Positions 54,601 through 64,000 of a stretch of 64,000 nt of DNA are shown here, one piece after another. The stretch comes from Narcine bancroftii (taxonomy: Eukaryota), in assembly GCF_036971445.1 (NCBI RefSeq), contig NC_091470.1, forward strand, positions 158,844,001 through 158,908,000, in the 5' to 3' direction. Within the stretch, counting starts at the first letter, position 1. The number at the start of each line of letters is the position of its first letter. Below the pieces are notes generated by a model, which saw only the letters and a program-made list of their open reading frames with translations, was not told where the DNA came from and searched no databases. The position numbers and the translations under genes were made by a program.

Positions 54601-57600
54601 ATTGTCTTGATCCTGACCCAGTATGCAGACTTGCTCCAAGTCAAATTTATTGCCATCAAGTACAACCTGACGAAATGGTGTTTTCCGGTCTTCAGTGCAA
54701 AAATATGCAGACTCCAGTCATCCTCTCTGCCACTCTTATAGTCCTGTGGATTGAATTCCATCCATTTTTCTTCAGCAACAGTACCATACTGATTTAGCTG
54801 GCCAGGACGCTCACGTTAGAGCTCCTATAGAAGGTTGACAAAGGTGGCTGGTAGCCTTGCCTGCTTCAGTCTTCTTAGGAAGTACTGTTGCGCTTTTCTG
54901 ACAAGATGTTGAGTCTCCACGATGGGTCACTAGTTACGTTGGGTCCAAGAAACTTGGTGTTCTCTACTTCAGAGTTGATGTGTAGTGGAGGGTAGTTGTT
55001 CCTGGTCCTCCTGAAGTCCATGATCATCTCCTTCATCTTGTCCACGTTGAGTCTCGGTTTTACTTTTGCACCATTTCGTAAGATTTTCCACCTCTTCTGT
55101 ATAGTGTGACTCATCGTTGTTGATGATGAGGCCAACGAGTGTTGTCATCTGCAAACTTGGTGACACTGTTGGAACTTGATCTGGTGATGAAGTCGTAGGT
55201 AGGTAGCATGAACGAGACCGGGCCGAGCATACAGCTGTGTGGAATGATGGTGCTCGATATTCTGCTACCGACCTGGACAGACTGAGTTTCCGACAGGAAG
55301 TCCAGCATCCAGTTACAGAGAGGCGTGTTGAGCTCCAGCAAAGAGAGCATCTCCACCAGCCTCTGGGGAATGATCATATTCCACCAAATTGAAGTCAATG
55401 AACGACAGCCTGGAGTATGAAGTATTGTTCTCCAAGTGGACCAGGACAGTGAAGTGTTAAGGCTATGCTGCTTTGTGTTTAGTAATGGAGGTTGAGAACC
55501 ACTGGGCTAATGGCAATCAAATGCTACGTTGGCCATGGCCATTGGCTTGCCTTTTACCATTATCTATTGAAATGGCTGGACTGACCGTAGCTGTGGGATT
55601 GTACTGAAGGGCGTTTTCCTATTGATTCAGGAGTTAGTGAGAACTCCAGTTCTTGTTACCATGTGCATGAGAGAAGGCAATTAGGGAAATTCAGGTGGAA
55701 ATCTTTTCTAATTTAAGAAGTTGGCAATTTTCCTCTGGATTTTTTCTTATTTAGTGTGAACTGAATGCATTATTAGTTCTGGTGATTTGTCTGAATTATG
55801 GTGATGCATGTTATTTTACTGATAAATATCTAAAAGTAAAGATTCCATTATTATCATGTAATCGGCATCATGGTGCCCTCGTAGTCGAGGATGATGGCCT
55901 TAGTCCCATTGATCTACAGTGCGAAGATGCCTGTGTGTGTATTTGTTTAACGTGTACTTAATGTTGCGTTTCAAGAAGCACACAATACTTCACAAATCAA
56001 CCAATTAGTTCCAATAGCATGGAAACCACGATGATTGGAACTGATGGGCTTGTTGCAGCCTTCGTCGGCCTTCACAGTCATTGACTTCAGAATAACTTAG
56101 TCCGCCTGTCCCACCATTGAGGACTTTGTTGGATTGTTCTTTGTCAGGGACCTTGCCACCATGGGTGACCCTACCAGCAGCATAGCTCCAGACAACATCC
56201 CTCTCTGGATCACAGGACCACACAAGCTTCTCCACCACGACCAGGTGACAATCCACAGAAGTGTCACATAATACTACATATTGAATGTAACATGAAATTC
56301 TTTAACTTTTGTCTAGTGCCCCTCGCATCTGGTGTTTCAAGGAGGTCTCACCTCCAAGTACTGACCAGACCTGAGCCTGCTTAGCTTCCAATATCAAACA
56401 ATCTCTGGTGTATTCAGGCTATAAGGTGGTATGGGCAGTGAAGGATAACAAACTTCCTCAAATGTTGACTCAACCACACCCAACTTTTCAAGAAGGCAGT
56501 ATCAATTAGCCATTTTGTGATAGTCGTGCATCTAACACTAGCTTCATTCCAGAGCTTGAAGACGTGTAGACTGAGTAAATACTTCTAAATGATGCAGAGA
56601 TGTCAGAGTTGTTTTTGTGAAGTATGTTGTGGAACTACTCAGAGTAGAAAAGTCTTCTTGCACATCTGCAGTGACAGTAACCCAAAGCAGCTATATTGTC
56701 TTTGGCAGTCCCTATCGTAAATGCTGTGTGCTAGACACTTTCGTAAACCAAACCAGTTAACAAGTTAGTACAAATTACCCCAAGATGAGCTTTAGAGGAG
56801 ATTTGACACAGCTTTCTTGAAACTGTTTGTTGCTACCTTTTAATTTTGCTCTTTATACCTTGGCTTATCATAAAACTCCCTTGTATTTATCAACTAAAAT
56901 TACATTTTTAGCCAGCCTCCACTTCTATTCTGAATTTGAAATTGCCTAACATCCAACTCAAACCAATCCCTTTTGCTCTATTGCATCAGTAAACACTGGC
57001 ACACATTGGCATCCTTGTCCTCTGTCCCAGTTTCTCTCCCATCCTTGCTAGTCTATGATCTTCCTGTATGTGCACCATCGCTACGACTGCTTTATCAGCA
57101 TTGTATTTTGCTCTTCTGTCAGTTAAGGGGGATGGTTTCAGTTGCAGTGATCCCATAATTGAACCCTAAATCTAACGTTATAGACAATCCTTTAAGCTTA
57201 ACCCTTTGACTAATTTTGTTCAAAAATGGTTTGTTACTTGTGCCATATGTTTTGTTCTATTTATCAGGATACAATTATGTGTGAGGTATTGTGATGCACT
57301 AGCTGTTGAAGTTGTGTGGAACTTGTTAAATAGAGTGCTGTCATCCCATCGATAATAGAGAAGGAAACGTCTGCAGTGAAGTTGGAGATGGTTCAGAAAC
57401 CTTGCGATTGTCTTGGACTGGTGTGGGAACAGAAATCTGAAGACCTAACACAAGGGGGACCTTCTGAATCCATGGCTCAGTTTTTGATTATTTATTTGGT
57501 TTCGTTATCCAGCCTTTTGGAAAGGATGGGTAAACAGACTGGTGATGGCATCGACTAGTTCTTAACATTGTGTATTTGCTGTGGTCCGACATGTGGTGTT

Positions 57601-60600
57601 TCATTTTAGAATGCCCTTCAACGGAGTATGATAAATCTAAATTTATTTCCTATTTTAGCAGGAAATCAAAGCTGTCACCTAAAGTTCCCATCGTCATACA
57701 GGATGACCTCCATCCAGCAGCCTGCACCCCACAAATCCGCATTCTGAAGAGACCGACAAGTAATGGGGTGGTCAACCTGCCACAGTCTGCAACGAGGCCT
57801 TTGCCACAAGTCAAATCACTGGCTCAGAGAGAAGCTGAATATGCAGAGGCACGAAAGAGGATCCTTGGGAGTGCGAGTCCTGAAGAGGAGGATAAAGCCA
57901 ACCCTGACAGGTAAGTGCATTTGGAACACCCTTGGCATTGATTTTAAAACTTCAAAGTTCTGCATTTACAATGTTATAGCAACCAAGTTTTCACTAGGGT
58001 ATTCAGAATTCATTTTCATTTGGTAACAGTGAACACTTGAAATGAGACCTGTGGTGAAGAGATTTCTCTTAAAGGAACTTTGCCACTTCTCTTGCAAGTT
58101 TCTTAGACCTTTATGCAGCAGACATCTCAAAGGACTGAAAAAGTATCACCAACCAACATCAATGCCTCCTCCCAGGCCATTTTATGCAATGTTGAGGACC
58201 TAATTGTACTGTGTCAGTTATATTGGGCAGGTGACTTTGTTTTCTTGCTCGGCACTGAACTCCTTAAACAGACGTTTTCTGAACTGAAGAGATTACCAGG
58301 AAGTCACAATAAGGTTCAAGAATATGCGCCAAGTCTCTCTGAAGAAATGCAATATCTCCACTGACTTCTGAAAATCTCTGACCCATAATAAAGGTCCATT
58401 TGCGATGCTGTTCAAAAGCACAAAGAGAAACTCCATAAGGGACAGAATGAGCAAACAATCTCCAAGTTGCCCACTCTTCTGCCCTATCCTATAGGGTGGC
58501 CCAGTTGGTGTAGCAGTTAGTGCAATGCCTTTACCGCGCCAGCGATTGGGACCAAACTGGGGTTCAAATCCTGCACTGTCTGTAAGAAGTTTGTATGTTC
58601 TCCTTGTGTCTGCATGGAGGCTTCGCTTTCCTTGTTTAAAAACATACCAGGGATGTAAATTGGGCAGCACAGACTTGAGGCCCGAAATAGCCTGTTGGTG
58701 TGCTGTATGTCTAATTTTTTTAATTAAAAAAAATTCATAACATAACATAACAATTACAGCACGGAAACAGGCCATTAGGCTCTTCTAGTCCGCACCGAAC
58801 CAAACACTCCTCTCTAGTCCCACCTACCTGCACAATGACCATAACCCTCCACCTTCTTCTCATCCATATACCTGTCCAGCTTTTTCTTAAATAATAAAAT
58901 TGACTCTGCCGCCACTATTTCTCCCGCAAGCTCATTCCACACCGCTACCACTCTCTGAGTAAAGAAGTTCCCCCTCATGTTACCTCTAAACCTCTGCCCC
59001 TTAACTCATGTCCTCTTGTTTCAATCTCTCCTACTCTTAACGGAAATAGTCTATCCGCATCCACTCTGTCTATCCCTTTCATAATCTTAAATACCTCTAT
59101 CAAATCCCCTCTCAACCTTCTAACAACCACCTGTCCTTTTAGTTCCCATAGGACCAAAAGAGTGTTGTTTTTATATTGGTGGGCTTTTTTTTTGGTGCAG
59201 CCAACATTAAATTTTTTATTTTTGGTGGGCCAATCGTTGATGACATTTGTAGGGCATTGCTTTATTCAATACATTGTTTCAATTTTCCTATAAATTGTAT
59301 TATTGTAATTAGTCTTGACAGGTTTATAGGAAGATATTTGGAAAGGCAATCCTGTAAAAATAATTCATGGGGGTGAGGGGAGAAACGTTGTTTTTGTTCA
59401 GTTTGTCAGTAAGGTATACCGATGGTAGGTCTCTGCCGTCTTAGAATAAAATTAATTTGCTTTAAAAATACTATTGGATAATTGAACAAAGGCAATAAAT
59501 TTTGAACCTGTAAGTGACTGCTTGTAGTTCCAATGTTAATATGTGTTTACACATAGCACAATGGTTTTCTTTTCACTGTGCAAATGAAGTAGTAAATGCA
59601 TTTTCTGATATTAGTCATGGAATGTGATTAGCAGCTGGTTAGGCTGCTGTTGGGTTTTCTGCCACTATCTACCACAAAAAGATCTTGCTTTGGTTGGAAA
59701 TGCTTTATCTTAAAAATGAAGAATGCTTTTTCGTCGGGAGTCTGTGTTCATCATTGGGCATAAGCATGAATTGATACAATTTTCATCAAAAATTTTTATC
59801 AAATTCTATTTGGTGAGCAAATGATTTTGCAACCCAAGCGCTGTATGTGCTAAAAGGAATCAACATGGTCACAGGCATGCAACACAGCATATTGTAGTTT
59901 CCTGCACTAATCCCATTTTCCCAAGGTTAAATTGCCATGGCATAGAGGACTACAGATCGAAGTACTTGTCAAGATCCCCCTTAAATGATGCAAGAGTATC
60001 TGCCTCCATCTCCATGGACCTGCGATGGGGAGGAATTTCCCCCTCGCCTCTTCTAATTTTGTCTCTCACTTTAAACCTCTGCTTTCTTTTTTCTTTTAAA
60101 CATCCCCACCAAATTTTTTTAAAAACTGTCTACAGAGTTAATTTTGCACATCGGTTATCAGGTCACCTCTCAGCCTCCACTTCAAGAAACAAATCCAGTC
60201 TCTTACGCTAACCATGATAGACGACTCCAGACAATGTTCTAGCGAATCTCCTCTGAACTATCTCTAGCATAGTATGACGACCAACTCTATACTCAATCCA
60301 TCAGTTGTGGCCTAAGCAATATTTTATAAAGTTGTAACATATCAACCCAGTTCTTTGTATTCTAGTGAGGACCAGCTTGCATACCTTCTTCACCACTTTA
60401 ACCAGCTCTGTTGCCACTTTCAGGGATACATCAATGTATCCCAGTGCCCCTCTGCTTATCTACATTTCGGTGGCCTTGCCTTTTACAACAGTGCATGTCT
60501 GACTCCATTTGCCTTCCCTGTGTATCACTGTACCTGTCAGGATTAAATTCAGTTTATCATTCCTCTGCCCACCTTTCCAGGTGTTTGAAAAGGGAGCTGA

Positions 60601-61508
60601 AGCTTGTGACTTGGAGGTAAAAGGTTGCACTGATGTAGTTGCTGTGTTAATGTTCAGTCGGTCCTTTCGATCAAAGGTTGGCTCATCTATTGATGTGGCA
60701 CTGTGCTCAAAGTAAACTTTTGAAAGATTTTTTTGGTGACTTTAGGACCATGCAAGAATAACCTTGCCAAAAAACTCTGGGACAGCAAGAACATCATGAC
60801 TTGAACTGTTATTCCAACAGATTTCCTAATTCAACATTGATATTTAAACATCTGAAAAGGTGGATTAAGTCTGAACTTTGATGAAATGTCCATGAGTTAA
60901 CAGGGCATGTTTAAATGTACAGTAAAAATCTGGACAGCTCGAGGATTGGGTTGGTCTGGATTTTCTTCAGCAGAATTTTTAAAACTCCTATTTAAGGAGA
61001 ATAAAGAAAAGATGATCGGGTAAATGTTGCTAGTTTATTCAAATATTTTCTCCTAAACACTTGTTCATTCATTTCTATGACTCCTGTGCATCCGTGGCAC
61101 TCATGCACGCACACAAAAGCCTGCTAAATGTTAAAAGTTTGAGAGATTTTGAGAAGTCCGCATTCACAGGTGGTCGAGATTTCTGGAATCCAGACTTTTG
61201 AACTTTTACTGTCTTCAAGAACTTGTTGAATTGTGTTGTGCAATGCTCTTGAGATCAATATTATTACTGAACTTGACTCTTCATTTAAGTTGACAGTGAA
61301 GTTTGCTCTTCAGAATCCTAGCTGAAGCAGTAAACATCACTAAAGCCAATGCCATAATAATAACCTGACACCATCTCCTTCTGACATTAAACCTTTGTTC
61401 TTCAGGCCAACCAGGATAACTCAATTGGAGGAAAACAGACAGCAGAGTAGTATAATTCGACAACCCCTGGGTCCGGATGGTACACAAGGCTTCAAACAAC
61501 GCAGATAA
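48403..61508 (+). CDS. SZRD1: SUZ RNA-binding domain-containing protein 1, whole spliced CDS of 4 exons, 151 aa
   Basis: [17 protein letters not shown]...PQIRILKRP...[19 protein letters not shown] (SUZ)...[18 protein letters not shown] (SUZ-C); phases consistent. Confidence 0.97.
48565..48597. repeat. (GA)n microsatellite in SZRD1 intron 1
   Basis: About 16 GA units followed by G-runs. Confidence 0.95.
53411..53460 (+). CDS. SZRD1: SZRD1 exon 2
   Basis: tttcttacag|[18 protein letters not shown]|gtaaga; 50 nt. Confidence 0.95.
54630..55460 (-). mobile_element. Rex1/Babar-like LINE RT fragment
   Basis: [42 protein letters not shown] across frameshifts. Confidence 0.8.
55866..56262 (-). mobile_element. 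Short internally deleted RTE-clade derivative with an HDV-like 5' fold
   Basis: 5' end GGATTGTCACCTGGTCGTGGTGGAGAAGC...GGGTCACCCATG resembles RTE 5' UTRs; short 3' stem-loop; no RT coding sequence. Confidence 0.6.
56318..56435 (-). pseudogene. 5S rRNA-derived copy (pseudogene or SINE3-like head)
   Basis: Reverse complement reads CCATACCAC..CCTGAA..GGAAGCTAAGCAGGCTCAGGTCTGGTCAGTACTTGGAGGTGAGACC, colinear with vertebrate 5S (box A/IE/box C) but diverged and with an insertion. Confidence 0.8.
57659..57910 (+). CDS. SZRD1: SZRD1 exon 3 (SUZ domain); alternative acceptor gives start 57662
   Basis: tattttag|cag|; [16 protein letters not shown]...ANPD AG|gtaagt. Confidence 0.96.
58735..59122 (-). 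mobile_element. CR1 3' fragment (other CR1 pieces at about 4230-4520, 36590-36940, 52200-52450, 59960-60580)
   Basis: [24 protein letters not shown]; (TTATG)n tail. Confidence 0.85.
61406..61508 (+). CDS. SZRD1: SZRD1 exon 4, coding part (SUZ-C, stop codon)
   Basis: ttcttcag|[37 protein letters not shown]. Confidence 0.96.
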
Positions 61509-61616
61509 AACGCGTGCCCGAAAGCGCGATTTGTAAAACGGAACTCTCCATGACTGAGCGTGCAGTGTTGGACAGAGAAAACGGACTCAAGCAGAGGACC
61601 TGATCTGCTCTTCTTG

Positions 61617-61692
61617 CACTGTGATCCCCCTTTGCTCCGCCCACTGTGACCTTTCTCTTTGCGCACTGTGACCCTCTGCTCCGCCCACTGTG
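61617..61692 (+). promoter_or_regulatory. Cluster of four miR-128-type seed matches in the SZRD1 3'UTR
   Basis: CACTGTGA at 61617, 61642 and 61664; CACTGTG at 61686. Confidence 0.7.
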
Positions 61693-62057
61693 GTTGGCAC
61701 ACTGCTGTGAGCTCTCCAAGAAACCATGAAGGGGAGGTTTCTTGCAATCAGACTGGCCAAGAATATATTGTGTGCCATTTCTATTCAGAAATTTGCTCCA
61801 GCAATAATACTGTTTAAGAATGTTCAATCAATCGTTTTATCTTTTAATTTCAGAAAAGCATTTGACTATGTATTAGTGATGGGTGCTATGGTTTTTTTTC
61901 CTCATCATACACTTCACAGCATTGTTTTGGTTTTTCCTACCTGATCCATTACTGCAAGATATTGCTCGAGGTCAGTTACCTTACTAAGTAATACATGTTT
62001 AAAAATTCCATCTGAAATGCACCCATTTTAAAGTTATTTATTGTAGGCTATATTTAA

Positions 62058-62063
62058 AATAAA
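62058..62063 (+). terminator. Candidate proximal SZRD1 poly(A) signal (others at 62242 and ATTAAA at 63439)
   Basis: AATAAA hexamer in repeat-poor, UTR-like sequence; usage cannot be determined from DNA alone. Confidence 0.4.
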
Positions 62064-64000
62064 TGTCTTCATATCATCTATCTGGAGAAACAGGGCAAGA
62101 ACACAAAATAATTCAGGAAAGGATTGTGGGCAACAGGCTTGGGCTGTATGGTGCATAAAACTGAGATGCATTATGGAATGCAATTGCTGTGTTGGTGGCC
62201 TTGTGCACAGACAGTTCCTGTCAGAATCTTGTCCTCCCTTCAATAAATAGGAGAGCACACGTGTTGATTAATGGAAAACTGGTCGCAGAGTAGGGGAGTG
62301 AGAAAAGAGAGTCTCTAATCGTGGCCATGAATGTTACAAAATCTCGCACCTGGAAGCGGTTAACCATAGCATCTAGCTTCTAGTTGACCACCAGGATTTA
62401 TTTTCACAACAAAAACTAATAGAATGGTGAGATTAAAATATGGCCCATAGGGTAGCACTTAAAATGTTAACTGCATAATGTTGTAGTCATGTGATCTTAT
62501 TCCAGCACTGCCTTATGCTCAAATTCACCAGCCATGCTTTGTGTGTGTTGGATTTTGATATAACCTGCAGGATAGGTATAACTTGCAGTAGTAGAAAATC
62601 TCTTTTTTTAAGAGGATGTTTTGGCACAGGCCATGCTTATAGTTAATGCTGCTCCCATTATGGTTCAGTGCAGAGCAGTAATATTGTCAGAAACTGGGCA
62701 AGTTTTCAGAAGTGTTCTATCTGAGAATCTCCTCAGTTTTGAAGAGGAGGAAGAGAGAAGGGTGGAAATGGAAATTTTAAAGAGGGAAAATGAAATGGTT
62801 CCAAATCAAATTAAATGTTCCTTCGAAAAGCTGAGGGTTTTGAGGCCAATTAGTTGAAACTGAGGTTTTGGTACTTTTTTTGTCTCCTTTCTAGTGGTTG
62901 TATGCATCTGCACCCTGCTGTACGTGACTAAGGCAAGGAGTTGCAGTTATGGTCCATCACTAGTACATACTCTTTATTTTTCAAGGCATTGCCTTTTTCT
63001 ACGATTTAAAGAACTTTCTTGCTCCATCTGATGTTAACAGGGCATGTGTACGATTTTTGTTTGGCTCACATGCGAGCTGTTGCATTGGTCTTGTGTTTGC
63101 GCATATGCGCAAGTGTATGTATTTGTGTAACGTGTACATTCTGTGTATGTCTGCCTGCGAACAAAAAAAAAATGCCTTTTTTTCCCCTAGGGCATGTGGA
63201 TGAGATTAATGAATTCTGTTACATTTCAACCAGTGCTTGGACAAAAAAATTAACTGCCTCACTCCTAAACCATTGTTAGTACAGCCAGCTTCATAATTTT
63301 ATAGCCATCAGATTATTTGACTGAAGTATCCAAATTGACTATTGATTTGGACTGGGGTTGAATAGGATTCAAATGCTACTAATAGGCAAGATTTCAGGCC
63401 CTAGAAATATTTTAAAATTTTATAATTGGCAGTGTTCAATTAAACGCAGGCATTTGTGTTATAATGAAAAGCTAATGTATTGTTTTCTTCGTGTAACTTC
63501 TTCCCAGCATTCAGTTGTTTGTAAATTGGTGAGATATTTCAAAGCAAACTGTTATATCAGTGGCCTGGTTAATTCTGATCTCTGGTGTTCATGAAATTGG
63601 CCTAACTGAAATGATTGCCTGAAACTCTTCATTTTGTAAATGATAACGTAGCTGACTCCCCACTGGTTCTGTGGGTTAATGCACTGTGTAATATGGTATA
63701 CAAATCTGAAAGGGGTTTAACTCTACAGTTGAGAGGGAACATATGATGAGTTTTATGTTCTAGAATGGAAGTTCAATGGCAATTAGCCAAAAATGGCTAA
63801 GGGGTGAATTTTAATCGTGCTGCTTTTGTTTACTGCCACCATCTAGTTGGGTGACACGGTATTCATTGTTCAGATTACGTCATTCAGTCAATGTAATTGC
63901 TAGGGAACTACTTCCAGGATGGGGAAATGTTTGTGCGAAAGTTGAAAGTAGACCATTTAAGATAAGTACTGGAGAGGGGAAATGTGTTTATGCACAGGAT

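Overview
Vertebrate genomic DNA, probably from a cartilaginous fish (inferred from the repeat mix: V-SINE/HE1-like SINEs, CR1, Penelope-like ends, Rex/Babar, Chapaev3). It holds two complete intron-containing genes arranged head-to-head around a CpG island at about 47.8-48.8 kb. ZBTB17/Miz-1 is on the minus strand: 14 coding exons, 37860->8180, 806 aa, BTB domain plus 13 C2H2 fingers, all splice phases consistent. SZRD1 is on the plus strand: 4 coding exons, 48403->61508, 151 aa. The introns are full of often nested transposons: a Gypsy LTR element, two solo LTRs, an endonuclease-deleted CR1 with an intact RT frame, an L1/Tx1-like LINE, Chapaev3, hAT, Tc1 and Harbinger-like MITEs, Penelope-like fragments, an RTE derivative and a 5S-derived copy. 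Main observations: (1) the Gypsy element has no tRNA primer site, and that position is instead complementary to its own LTR poly(A) region; (2) four miR-128 seed matches spaced 22-25 nt apart in the SZRD1 3'UTR; (3) an HDV-like ribozyme fold at the 5' end of a mini-RTE; (4) a Miz-1-like binding motif in ZBTB17's own bidirectional promoter. Exon coordinates were read by hand from splice sites. Repeat boundaries without target-site duplications (TSDs) are approximate, and family names come from motif recognition, not database searches.
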